Below, piece after piece: positions 55,194 to 64,000 of a DNA stretch of 64,000 nucleotides. The translations under genes and the position numbers were made by a program. The notes below the pieces were generated by a model. The model was not told the DNA's origin. It saw only the letters and a program-made list of their open reading frames with translations, and did not search any database. How positions within the stretch are numbered: position 1 is the first letter of the stretch; every line of letters starts with the position of its first letter. The stretch is from an uncultured Chloroflexia bacterium (GTDB lineage: Bacteria; Chloroflexota; Anaerolineae; Anaerolineales; UBA4823), in NCBI GenBank assembly GCA_963705155.1, contig CAVPJC010000001.1, positions 292,392 to 356,391 of the forward strand, read 5' to 3'.

Positions 55194-57127
55194 TTAGATG
55201 TTGCGAAATTCTCCGTCCACCACATCTTCACCTTCGGGACCAGCCCCAGGGCCGCCCGCCGGGCCGCCGGTCTGACCGCCGCTGCCGCCCGCGGCATCAG
55301 GGCCGGGAGTGCCTTGCTGCTGGTATGCGGCTGCACCCACCTGCTGCACCACCTGGTTCAGCGCCTCGGTTTCGCGGCGGATGCTCTCAACATCCTCGCT
55401 GTTCAAGACACCCCGCACCTTGCCCGCATGTTCTTCCACTTTGCTTTTCAGGTCTGCCGGAACTTTATCACCCAGGTCGCGCAGCACCTTTTCGCTGGTG
55501 TAGACAGCATTGTCGGCGCCGTTGCGGGCTTCAATCAGCTCTTTGCGCTTGCGGTCGTCATCTGCATGCGCTTCGGCTTCTTTGCGCATCCGTTCCACCT
55601 CGGAATCGGACAGGCCCGAAGAAGCCGTGATGGTGATGTGCTGGCTGCGGTTCGTGGCTTTATCCAGGGCGGTCACTTTCAGGATGCCGTTGGCGTCGAT
55701 ATCGAAGGTCACCTCAATTTGCGGGATGCCGCGCATCGCCGGGGGAATGCCATCCAGGATAAAGCGGCCCAACGACTTGTTGTCGGCTGCCATCGGGCGT
55801 TCGCCCTGCAGCACGTGGATCTCCACCTGGGGTTGGCTGTCGGATGCCGTCGAGAAGATCTGGCTCTTGCGGGTGGGAATGGTGGTGTTGCGCTCAATCA
55901 TCGAGCTGGCAACGCCGCCCAGGGTCTCAACTGAAAGAGACAGCGGGGTCACATCCAGCAGCAAGATGTCCTTTACCTCGCCGCCCAGCACACCTGCCTG
56001 GATCGCCGCGCCCACCGCCACGACCTCATCGGGGTTCACGCCTTTGTGGGGCTCTTTATTGAACAACTTGCGCACCGCCTCCTGAACCGCCGGCATGCGC
56101 GTCATTCCACCCACCAGCACCACCTCATCGATCTTGGAAGCCTCCAGACCGGCGTCTTTCAACGCCTGGCGCACCGGGCTCAAGGATCGCTCGATCAGGT
56201 CGGTGGTCAACTGCTCCAGCCGGGCACGCGTCAGGGTCATCACCAGGTGCTTGGGGCCGCTGGCATCCGCTGTGATGTAGGGCAGGTTGATCTCGGTTTG
56301 CATCATGGTGGAAAGCTCGATCTTGGCCTTCTCGCCGGCCTCTTTCAAACGCTGCAGCGCCTGGCGGTCGTTGCGCAGGTCGATGCCATTCTCGCGTTTG
56401 AATTCGTCGGCAATAAAGTCGATAATGCGTTGGTCAAAGTCATCGCCGCCCAGGAAGGTATCGCCGCTGGTGGAGCGCACCTGGAAGACACCATCGCCCA
56501 CATCCAGGATGGAGATATCAAAGGTGCCGCCGCCCAGATCGTAAACCGCGATGACCTCGTCTTTCTTCTTGTCCAGCCCGTACGCCAGGGATGATGCAGT
56601 CGGCTCATTGATGATGCGCAGCACTTCCAGCCCAGCAATCTTGCCGGCGTCTTTGGTGGCGTTGCGCTGAGCATCATTGAAATACGCCGGCACAGTGATG
56701 ACCGCCTGGGTCACCGTTTCGCCCAGGTAGGCCTCAGCGTCTGCCTTGAGCTTGCCCAGGATCATGGCTGAAACTTCCGGAGGGGAGTATTCCTTGCCAT
56801 CCAGGATCACCCGCATATCGCCATTGGGCGCCTGGGCCACTTTGTAGGGTACGCGCGTCAGAGCTTTTTGCACTTCAGCATCATTGAATTTGCGCCCCAT
56901 AAAACGTTTAATCGAAGAAACAGTGTTTTCCGGGTTTACAACACTCTGGTTACGGGCGACGCGGCCGATCAGGCGCTCGCGGTTCTTATTCACCGCCACC
57001 ACCGACGGCACCAGGCGTTCGCCCTCCGCCGATGAGATGACGACCGGCTCGCCGCCTTCCATTACAGCCACCACCGAGTTTGTGGTTCCCAGGTCGAATT
57101 CCTATAATTTTTGCCATTTATTGCCTC
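55194..57127 (-). CDS. dnaK: Molecular chaperone DnaK (frame break in codon ~8, near 57105)
   Basis: ORF 55194..57074 is a full Hsp70 body. Upstream, ATG 57127 gives MAKIIGI, then the frame slips. Removing one T from GGAATTCGAC gives [22 protein letters not shown]. Confidence 0.95.
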
Positions 57128-57176
57128 CGTGATTGTCTTTATCCGCAGGTTGAATTGGATAAACGATTGATAAGTT

Positions 57177-57731
57177 CTACTTTGCCACACGCACTTGCGC
57201 AGGGCGGAGCACACGCTCGCCCAGCATGTACCCTTGCTTCACCATTTCGATGATCTCACCGCTCTCATGCTCCGGGCTGTCTTCATGCGAAATTGCTTCA
57301 TGCAGCGTGGGATCAAAATACTGCCCGTCTGCAGACATGGTGGTTACACCGGCTAAATCGAGGATATTGGAAAATTTGCGGTAAATCAACTCCACGCCTC
57401 CGGCCCAGGCGGCGCCATCGCCTTCCTGTGGGCGGTTCTTCAGGGCTCGGTCGAGATCATCCAGCACATCCAGAAAGCGCTTGATCACACTGGCGCTGGC
57501 GTTCTGGTGGGCCTGCGCCTGCTCGCGTTCAACACGTTTCTTATAATTGGCAAAATCCGCCCTGGATCGCTGCCACCCGTCCAGGTATTCGTCGGCTTTA
57601 GATTTCCATTCAATCACTTCGTTTTTCAATGCCTCTAGCTCCACATTCAACGCATCTTCAACTGGCTCAGCGCTTTCCTGTGCAGCGATTTCTTGATTTT
57701 CTTCGGGTGTGATGTGCTCATCTGCCATCAT
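57177..57731 (-). CDS. grpE: Nucleotide exchange factor GrpE
   Basis: RSRADFANYKKR..., DPTLHEAI... and the position between hrcA and dnaK. Confidence 0.9.
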   Translation of the reverse strand: MMADEHITPEENQEIAAQESAEPVEDALNVELEALKNEVIEWKSKADEYLDGWQRSRADFANYKKRVEREQAQAHQNASASVIKRFLDVLDDLDRALKNRPQEGDGAAWAGGVELIYRKFSNILDLAGVTTMSADGQYFDPTLHEAISHEDSPEHESGEIIEMVKQGYMLGERVLRPAQVRVAK

Positions 57732-57747
57732 CCTGTGCACAACTCCT

Positions 57748-58782
57748 TTACTCGGTATGTAAATCCACAACCATCTCACTCAGCAGGCCAGCCACATAAC
57801 GCACCGTGGAAATGGTCTGCCCGTAGGCCATCCGGATGGGCCCTAAAACGCCCAGCGTGCCCGTCGCCAGCCCCGGCACACCGTAGCGAGCCAGGACCAT
57901 CGAGCAGTCGCGCAGCTCTTCCCATGTACCTTCGCCCCCGATCAACACCTGGACACCTCCCACACCGCCGGTCAGCACCGTGCGCGTGAGCAGGTCTTCC
58001 AGCAGCGAGCGCTCTTCCAGAATGCGCAGGGCTTTGCGCGCCACTTCCACCTCGGCGAACTCCGGCTCGTTGAGCACCTGGGAGATGCCATCACGGTACA
58101 CTTCGCCGCCCAGAATAGCCTGAGAACGGCGCATATCGTCAGTGATCAGCTTGAGCACATCCTGCTCCAGCACATCCACCTGGCTCATCTGTGCGGCAAT
58201 GCCTTCCACCGTCTGCCCCTGGCAAACCGCATTCAAATGGAGCGCCGCGGCGCTCAAACGCTCCTGATCTACCGGTTCGGCCAGGCTCAACATTTGCTGG
58301 CGCACATCGCCGCCGGCCAGCACCAGCACCATCAGCACCTGGCGTCCCAGGGTGTTGATCAGCTCAAGGTGCTTGAAGCGCGGCTGTTCTGCATGCGGAG
58401 CGGTGACCAGCGCCGCAGCCTGCGAGTGCTGCGCCAGCACCGAGGCCGCCAGCCGCATCCAACGGTCAACGTCCGTGCCTGCCTGGTAAAATTGGTGGGC
58501 GATGGTGTGCTTGGTGGTTGCCGGCAGGTCGGTATGACCCATCAACTGGCGCACAAAATAGCGATAGCCCTCTTCGGTCGGCTCGCGGCCCGCCGAAGTG
58601 TGCGGCTGTCGCAGGTAGCCCATATCGGTCAGCGCCACCATATCATTGCGAATCGTGGCTGAGCTGTAATCCAGGTGGTAATGCTGCACCAGGTGCGAAG
58701 AACCCACCGGTTGGGCCGATTCAATATAATCGCGAATGACCAGCGCCAGGATCAGTCTTTGCCGTTCAGATAAATTCATCAT
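57748..58782 (-). CDS. hrcA: Heat-inducible transcription repressor HrcA
   Basis: MNLSERQRLILALVIRDYIESAQPVGS...SSATIRNDM is the classic HrcA N-terminus. A CIRCE element lies upstream. Confidence 0.92.
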   Translation of the reverse strand: MMNLSERQRLILALVIRDYIESAQPVGSSHLVQHYHLDYSSATIRNDMVALTDMGYLRQPHTSAGREPTEEGYRYFVRQLMGHTDLPATTKHTIAHQFYQAGTDVDRWMRLAASVLAQHSQAAALVTAPHAEQPRFKHLELINTLGRQVLMVLVLAGGDVRQQMLSLAEPVDQERLSAAALHLNAVCQGQTVEGIAAQMSQVDVLEQDVLKLITDDMRRSQAILGGEVYRDGISQVLNEPEFAEVEVARKALRILEERSLLEDLLTRTVLTGGVGGVQVLIGGEGTWEELRDCSMVLARYGVPGLATGTLGVLGPIRMAYGQTISTVRYVAGLLSEMVVDLHTE

Positions 58783-58796
58783 TCACCGTTTCTGTT

Positions 58797-58823
58797 TTAG
58801 CACTCGCGTACCTAGAGTGCTAA
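58797..58823. promoter_or_regulatory. CIRCE operator (HrcA binding site)
   Basis: TTAGCACTC-GCGTACCTA-GAGTGCTAA is an exact match to the consensus TTAGCACTC-N9-GAGTGCTAA. Confidence 0.92.
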
Positions 58824-58836
58824 AACAACGTGTATG

Positions 58837-58865
58837 ATGATACCATGACGAAAAAAGAACGTCAA
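58837..58865 (-). promoter_or_regulatory. Candidate sigma-70 promoter of the hrcA operon
   Basis: On the minus strand: TTGACG (58865-58860), a 17-nt spacer, TATCAT (58842-58837), with CIRCE immediately downstream. Confidence 0.55.
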
Positions 58866-58956
58866 GAATACACCCTTTTACAGGCTGAATTTCTGATACA
58901 GGATTAACAATTGCAACAATTGGGCCACAAGGCGGCCTGCAGGCATCCGCCGGCGG

Positions 58957-59709
58957 TCACCCGTGGGCGTACTTTCTCAACTGCATCAATGCCTGGTTGA
59001 AATCCTCGGGATAAGGGGCTGTGAAGGTCAATACCTCGCCGCTTACCGGATGAGCGATGCTCAACGACCAGGCATGCAGCCCGGGCCGTGTCAGTAAAGC
59101 GTCTTCCCCCTGCTGGCCGCCCTGAAAGCCCGGCTTGGAATGGGAGAGGTGCAGCCCCTCCCCACCGCCGTACAACGCATCTCCAACCAGCGGACAGCCA
59201 ACTGCCGCCAGGTGGGCGCGGATCTGGTGTGTACGACCGGTATGGGGTTCAGCCTGCAGCAGAGCGTAGCCGCCAAAACGCTCCAGCACCCGCACATAGG
59301 TCTCCGCCGGCTTGCCGCCGCCTCCATCCACCACGGTGCGGTGACGCCGGTCGCCGTTGGCGCGCAGCCGCAGGTGAATGGTCTTCTCATCCCATTCAGG
59401 GGCGTTTCCGGTGATGGCGTGGTAAATTTTTGACACCGCCCGGGTTTCAAACTGCGTGTTCAGCCAACGGTGAGCGTCTGCTGAACGCGCCAGAAGCAGT
59501 ACACCGCTGGTTTCCTTATCCAGGCGGTGCACTATCCACAATCTCCCAAAAGCTGGCTCCAGCAGGCTGCGGACATACGGCAAGTCAGGATTGTACCCAT
59601 CTGGCAGCGTGGCCAGCCCGGCTGGCTTGTTGATCACCAGCAGGCTATCATCGGAGTACAGATGCATAGATTGGATCTGCAAGCTTTGATCTTTCATGGG
59701 GCTGGTCAT
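58957..59709 (-). CDS. RluA-family pseudouridine synthase
   Basis: It has the HRLDKETSGVLLLA catalytic motif and TGRTHQIRAHL. Confidence 0.85.
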   Translation of the reverse strand: MTSPMKDQSLQIQSMHLYSDDSLLVINKPAGLATLPDGYNPDLPYVRSLLEPAFGRLWIVHRLDKETSGVLLLARSADAHRWLNTQFETRAVSKIYHAITGNAPEWDEKTIHLRLRANGDRRHRTVVDGGGGKPAETYVRVLERFGGYALLQAEPHTGRTHQIRAHLAAVGCPLVGDALYGGGEGLHLSHSKPGFQGGQQGEDALLTRPGLHAWSLSIAHPVSGEVLTFTAPYPEDFNQALMQLRKYAHG

Positions 59710-59748
59710 TGCATTGTTTTACGCCGCCGCTCCGGCATCCACCACGCC

Positions 59749-61137
59749 TTACAGCACGATCAGCCGGTTAGCCCGGTCCACGGTGCCGCTCAGGTCATAG
59801 GTCATGGCGCCGGTGATCCGCACGGGCACCAACTCACCCGGCGGGACCTCCCCTTCCACAATCACAACACCATCGATTTCGGGGGCATCTCGGAAGCTGC
59901 GCCCCAGCGATATGGGGCTGCCAGAGCCCTGGCTGGCGCCATCTTCTTCCAGCACGCCCTGGCCTTCCACCAGCACATCCAGGGTTTTGCCCACCCAGGC
60001 CTGGTTTCGCTCCAGCGAAATTCCCTGCTGGATCTGCATCAGGCGTTCCCAACGCTCCTGCTTTACCTCGGCAGGAACGGGATCGCCCAGCGGCTCACTG
60101 GTCGTACCGGGTTCAAACGAAAACTGGAAAGCGCCAACCCGGTCAAAACGGATCTCCTGCACAAAATCGAGCAGACTCTGGAACTCGTCCTCGGTTTCAC
60201 CAGGATAGCCGACAATAAAGGTCGTGCGCAGCGCCAGGTTGGGGATGGCGGAGCGCATTTTAGCGAGAGTGGCATGCACCCAATCGATGTTGGCGGGCCG
60301 GCGCATGCGCCGCAAGGTCAGGGGATGGGCATGCTGCAGGGGCATGTCCAGATACGGAAGTATTTTGGGGTTGGAGGCCATCACATCCACCAGGTGATCG
60401 GTGACATAACCAGGATAGGCGTACATGATGCGGATCCAATCCACCCCGGGGACGGCCGGGACGAGCTGCTCCAGCAGGTGCGCCAGGCCATCTTTTATGC
60501 CCAGGTCATGGCCGTAATCGGTGGTGTCCTGCGCAATCAAAATCAGCTCGCGCACACCCAGGTCTTGCAGGGTTTGCGCCTCAGCCAGGATGGTGTGGAG
60601 CGGGCGGCTGACAGCGGTGCCTTTGATCAGGGGAATGGCGCAAAAAGCACACGGCCGGCGGCAGCCATCGGCGATCTTGAGGTAGGCGCTGGCGCCCTGG
60701 ATGGCGGCCCGCAGCGCCCCACCTTCATCGATCCCCACGGTGGGGGCGTCCGGCAGGTGGTAGACCGGTTCAGGATGCTTTCCGCCGCGCAGCCTTCCGA
60801 CGACATCCACAATATCCATCCAGCGGCGCGTACCCAGGATGCCATCGATGCCAGGCACCTGGCGGGCCACTTCGCTCCCGTAGCGCTGCGTCAGGCAGCC
60901 CGCCGCGATGAGCACCTGACCCTTGCGCTTACCCCCGGCCAGCTCGCCCAGCACACGCAGCGATTCTTCTTTTGCCGGGCCGATAAAACCACAGGTGTTA
61001 ACGATCAGCACCTCAGCCCGCCGCGGGTTTTCCACGGCGTGGTAACCAGAACCGGCCAGAAGCTGGGCCATCAATTCGGAATCAACCGTATTTTTTGCAC
61101 AACCTAAAGATACCAGGTGAAAAGTCTTTGATTTCAT
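59749..61137 (-). CDS. rimO: Ribosomal protein S12 methylthiotransferase RimO (radical SAM)
   Basis: The N-terminus is VSLGCAKNTVDSELMAQLL. The radical-SAM cluster is CRRPCAFCAIP. A C-terminal TRAM domain is present. I prefer the start at ATG 61137. Confidence 0.85.
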   Translation of the reverse strand: MKSKTFHLVSLGCAKNTVDSELMAQLLAGSGYHAVENPRRAEVLIVNTCGFIGPAKEESLRVLGELAGGKRKGQVLIAAGCLTQRYGSEVARQVPGIDGILGTRRWMDIVDVVGRLRGGKHPEPVYHLPDAPTVGIDEGGALRAAIQGASAYLKIADGCRRPCAFCAIPLIKGTAVSRPLHTILAEAQTLQDLGVRELILIAQDTTDYGHDLGIKDGLAHLLEQLVPAVPGVDWIRIMYAYPGYVTDHLVDVMASNPKILPYLDMPLQHAHPLTLRRMRRPANIDWVHATLAKMRSAIPNLALRTTFIVGYPGETEDEFQSLLDFVQEIRFDRVGAFQFSFEPGTTSEPLGDPVPAEVKQERWERLMQIQQGISLERNQAWVGKTLDVLVEGQGVLEEDGASQGSGSPISLGRSFRDAPEIDGVVIVEGEVPPGELVPVRITGAMTYDLSGTVDRANRLIVL

Positions 61138-61151
61138 ATGGATAACAACCA

Positions 61152-62144
61152 TTAAGGAACAGATGCGCCCGGCGCAGTGCTGCTGGGCCGCGGCGAGGGC
61201 GCCGGTGTAAAGGTCAATGTAGGAGTGGGCTGCAGTACCCCTTCCAGAGAATAAATCCGGTTCACCACCTGCCCGGAAAAGCCCAGCGGCCCCAGATCCT
61301 GCTGGTTGAAGAAGATTTGCAAACCGGCCCCGTTGCCGGTCAGAATCTCGACCGTTTCATCCCCCACGTATTGGTAAGCCGTACCTGGCTGCACGCGACC
61401 CTCGAACTCGATCTCACCATCCACCGTAACGCGCATCCAGGCGCGCTGGCGGATGGTGATATAAACCTGCACCTGGCTGCTGCTGCCGGGCGGGGCGGTA
61501 ACCTGAAGCGCGCCTTCCGGTAAAATGGGCGTGGCGGGGATCACAGCCGGAGCGGTGGGACTGGGAGGTCGCGGCGTGGCTGTGGGTGTTTCGGTTGGGT
61601 CTGCCAGCAGCACGCTGGCTATCGAGGGCGCGGTGGGTGATGGCTGCTCCTGGGTCTGCATGGCAAAAATGCGGATGGCAGCCCAGATGACAAACGCTGT
61701 CAGAAAAATCACAGAAAAAAGCACAACCAGCATCTCACCGCTGAAAATGCGGTCCAAAGGGGCGGGCAGGCGCGGCCCTGGCGCCGGGGTGCGCTCAGGC
61801 GCCGGCGGGCGAGCCGCCTGGCGCACTGCCAGCTGCGCCTGCAGGGCCTCGGCAAAACGCAGCAGCAGAGGTTCGGGGTCCATTCCCAGGAAGGCGGCGT
61901 AATTGCTGAGCATGCCCCGTCCCTGCACCGGGGAGGGCAGGTTTTCCAGATCGCCAAATTCAAGCGCCTTGAGGTAATGCCGGCGCAGGTGCGTATGGCG
62001 CTCAACATCATCCAGCGAGAGGCCAAGTAGCTGGCGCTGCCGCTGCAGGCGCGCACCGATTTCGTCAAAAATCTCGGCCGCCGAGCCAGTTTGCAGACCG
62101 TTGGAGGCCACCGGGCTGGCCGCCGGTTCTGCCGGCGCGGGCAC
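61152..62144 (-). CDS. RodZ-like protein (XRE-type HTH, TM anchor, DUF4115-like C-terminal domain)
   Basis: LLGLSLDDVERHTHLRRHYLKALEFGDLENLPSPVQGRGMLSNYAAFLG, a TM helix (MLVVLFSVIFLTAFVIWAAI), a Pro/Thr linker, and a C-terminal beta domain ...WMRVTVDGEIEFEGRV. Confidence 0.7.
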   Translation of the reverse strand: MPAPAEPAASPVASNGLQTGSAAEIFDEIGARLQRQRQLLGLSLDDVERHTHLRRHYLKALEFGDLENLPSPVQGRGMLSNYAAFLGMDPEPLLLRFAEALQAQLAVRQAARPPAPERTPAPGPRLPAPLDRIFSGEMLVVLFSVIFLTAFVIWAAIRIFAMQTQEQPSPTAPSIASVLLADPTETPTATPRPPSPTAPAVIPATPILPEGALQVTAPPGSSSQVQVYITIRQRAWMRVTVDGEIEFEGRVQPGTAYQYVGDETVEILTGNGAGLQIFFNQQDLGPLGFSGQVVNRIYSLEGVLQPTPTLTFTPAPSPRPSSTAPGASVP

Positions 62145-62385
62145 GCGCCTCCTCCGGGTTTTGCAGATCAGCCAGAAGAGCGCTGCTTTTCAGCCCCAGG
62201 TAACCGGCATAGATGCGCACAAAGCCGCGGGCCTGGGCCTGGGAAGGTATCGCGGCAAAGTCGCCGTCTTCCAGCGACTTCAGATAGTGCACGCGCACAT
62301 GCGTTGCCTGGGCTACCTGCTCCAGGGTTAGAGATTGCGCCTGGCGGGCCTGGCGCAACTGCTGGCCAATCTCAACATTCATCAA
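62065..62385 (-). CDS. Second RodZ-type HTH module (separate ORF, or N-terminal part of the downstream gene)
   Basis: LRQARQAQSLTLEQVAQATHVRVHYLKSLEDGDFAAIPSQAQARGFVRIYAGYLG has the same module type as the next gene. The two ORFs overlap by 80 nt in different frames. Confidence 0.6.
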   Translation of the reverse strand: MMNVEIGQQLRQARQAQSLTLEQVAQATHVRVHYLKSLEDGDFAAIPSQAQARGFVRIYAGYLGLKSSALLADLQNPEEARARAGRTGGQPGGLQRSANWLGGRDF

Positions 62386-62410
62386 AACTCAAAGCTCTCA
62401 AGCGGCTGCC

Positions 62411-62452
62411 GAACAAAAGGCGGGGTTCCCTGGGTGTCCGGGTAACCCCGCC
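62411..62452 (-). terminator. Candidate intrinsic terminator downstream of rplI
   Basis: The stem GGCGGGGTT / AACCCCGCC (62419-62452) is followed on the minus strand by TTTTGTTC. Confidence 0.5.
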
Positions 62453-62509
62453 CCTTTTTCTGGCGGTGAGTACAGATATGGGCAGGCGAACCCTGCTGTG
62501 GCGGCCTGA

Positions 62510-63037
62510 TTATTCGGCGGCCGGGCTTGCGGCTTCAACTGTCTCAGGAGCAGCCTCAGGAGCAGCCTCAACCTCAACCAGGTTTACCGACTCGCCTTCA
62601 CGGTACACGATCACATTCACTTCGGGGATCAAGTCCAGGGTGAGGCGGATGCGCACTCTGTGCTCGCCCAGGGTGCGGATGGGTTGGGCATCCACCTGGC
62701 GGCGGTCGATGGTTACGCCAAACTTCTGCTGGATGGCGTCTGTAATCATCTGCGCGGTGATCGAGCCGTACAGCTTGCCGGTTTCGCCAGCTTTGGCGGG
62801 GAAGGCAATCACTCGCTTGGCCAGCTTGTCGGCCACGCCGCTCATCTCTTTGTTCAATTGCGACCGGCTCTCAGAAGCCTGAGAGCGGATATGCTCCACC
62901 CGCTTGAGCGCCCCGGGGGTCGCCAGTACGGCAAACCCCTGCGGAAGCAGGTAGTTGCGGCCGTAACCATCGGCAACGCGTTTCACGTCGCCGGCACGGC
63001 CCAGTTTGTACACGTCTTGCAAAAGTAAAACCCGCAT
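62510..63037 (-). CDS. rplI: 50S ribosomal protein L9 (with acidic Ala/Pro/Glu C-terminal tail)
   Basis: MRVLLLQDVYKLGRAGDVKRVADGYGRNYLLPQGFAV is the canonical L9 N-terminus. Confidence 0.92.
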   Translation of the reverse strand: MRVLLLQDVYKLGRAGDVKRVADGYGRNYLLPQGFAVLATPGALKRVEHIRSQASESRSQLNKEMSGVADKLAKRVIAFPAKAGETGKLYGSITAQMITDAIQQKFGVTIDRRQVDAQPIRTLGEHRVRIRLTLDLIPEVNVIVYREGESVNLVEVEAAPEAAPETVEAASPAAE

Positions 63038-63161
63038 TTCTCTAGCCCTTTCGACTAAAAGTGTAAGATCTGCACGAAGCAGACCCGGGCGAAGGGTACA
63101 ACGCTCCGGGCAGGGGGATTTTACCAGAAGGATGGGGTCCAGTCAACCAGGGATGGGGATC

Positions 63162-63953
63162 ATGTATAATCCAGGCATGCCATCGCGGGAGCGCTCTTTT
63201 CGGGTCGAAGCCGTGGTGCTGCGCCACAATAACTGGGGCGAGGCCGACCGCATGCTGGGGCTTTTTACCGCGAGATGGGCAAGATCCGCGCCCTGGCCAA
63301 AGGCGTCCGGCGGCTGCGCTCGCGCAAGGCAGGCCACCTGGAGCCGTTCACCCGCGTCAGCTTGCAGCTGGCGCACGGGCCGCGATATTTTAATCGTCAC
63401 CCAGGCCGAGACGGTCAACCCGTTCCTGCCGTTGCGTGAAGACCTGGCCCTGGTCGGGTGCGCTTCGTACGTCATCGAGCTGTTGGACCGCTTCACCTAC
63501 GAAGAAGGCGAAAATCCTTCCCTCTACCGCCTGCTGGTCGATACCCTGGCCCGCCTTGCAGAGGCGCAGCCGCCCGATCGGGTGCTGCGCTACTATGAAA
63601 TCCGCCTGCTGGATTTGCTGGGGTTTCGCCCCCAGCTGCTCACCTGCGCCCGCTGCGGCAAAGACATTCAGCCGGAAGACCAGTATTTTTCAGCCGAGCA
63701 CGGCGGCGTGCTGTGCCCGGCTTGCGGCAGGGGCATACCCGGTGTGCGCCCGGTGAGCATGCAAGCCCTGAAATTCCTGCGCCACTACCAGCGCAGCAGC
63801 TACAACGAATCCGCCCGCGCTCAGATCCCGGCGCCCATCTACCAGGAAATGGAAGCGCTGATGCAGTATTACCTCACCTACATCCTGGAGCGCGGCCTGA
63901 ATACCCCTGCCTTCATGCGCAGGATAAAACGTGACAGGGAAATGCAAGGTTGA
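63162..63953 (+). CDS. recO: DNA repair protein RecO (two compensating frame breaks, near 63262 and 63385)
   Basis: VEAVVLRHNNWGEADRMLGLFT..., then the true sequence EMGKIRALAKGVRRLRSRKAGHLEPFTRVSLQLAHG is in another frame, then DILIVTQAE... There is a zinc-finger CARCG...CPAC. ATG 63162 or 63177 could be the start. Confidence 0.85.
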   Translation: MYNPGMPSRERSFRVEAVVLRHNNWGEADRMLGLFTARWARSAPWPKASGGCARARQATWSRSPASACSWRTGRDILIVTQAETVNPFLPLREDLALVGCASYVIELLDRFTYEEGENPSLYRLLVDTLARLAEAQPPDRVLRYYEIRLLDLLGFRPQLLTCARCGKDIQPEDQYFSAEHGGVLCPACGRGIPGVRPVSMQALKFLRHYQRSSYNESARAQIPAPIYQEMEALMQYYLTYILERGLNTPAFMRRIKRDREMQG

Positions 63954-64000
63954 GGGCGGGCTTCAGGCGTTTTCCAGCAGCTTTCGCACCGTTTGGCTGA

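Noticed and set aside
63954-64000. The 3'-terminal 47 nt, possibly the end of a minus-strand gene.
   Set aside because: It is too short to support any call.

Overview
This is a 64-kb high-GC (about 60-65% by eye) bacterial chromosomal window with a few low-GC inserts. Gene content suggests a monoderm, Chloroflexota/Anaerolineae-like organism: a T-box leader, HrcA/CIRCE, a sortase and a Sec-signal Rhs protein. That assignment is inference only. I call about 60 protein genes.

In window order they are:
- A Fur-family regulator with a CbiM/CbiQ metal-uptake operon, then trxA.
- A T-box-controlled pheS-pheT pair, interrupted by a four-helix-bundle (IVS-protein) cassette.
- A GT39-like glycosyltransferase, a fused homocysteine methyltransferase/MTHFR and an isochorismatase-family hydrolase.
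- A DUF2089 / DUF4097 / SHOCT-like cluster followed by an MFS transporter.
- An ECF sigma / RsrA-like anti-sigma pair heading a thiol-redox operon.
- A DUF62 SAM hydrolase next to an ECF transporter, then a GH36 enzyme and an ADP-forming acyl-CoA synthetase.
- An M20 peptidase and a PfkB kinase.
- A roughly 7-kb secreted Rhs/YD polymorphic-toxin locus with a low-GC tip/immunity island.
- An FG-GAP propeller fused to a sortase.
- A TetR / ABC-2 / HlyD / 2x ATPase efflux operon.
- A response-regulator GGDEF protein and a LOG-family protein.
- The hrcA-grpE-dnaK-dnaJ-prmA operon, then an RluA-family synthase, rimO, RodZ-like genes, rplI and recO.

I recognised no rRNA, tRNA, CRISPR array, transposase or integrase.

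Major caveat: the sequence carries 30 or more +/-1-nt frame breaks. Every one I resolved by hand sits in a mononucleotide run, and they hit essential genes (pheS, pheT, dnaK). Many split genes are therefore probably assembly errors rather than biology.

The leads I would follow first:
- An in-frame TGA replacing the first Cys of a CPYC motif, with a SECIS-like hairpin just downstream (candidate selenoprotein).
- The Rhs tip/immunity island and the AbiEi-like/nucleotidyltransferase fusion beside it.
- The propeller-LPATG-sortase fusion.
- The inverted-repeat-flanked cassette between pheS and pheT.
- The four-fold SHOCT-like module cluster.
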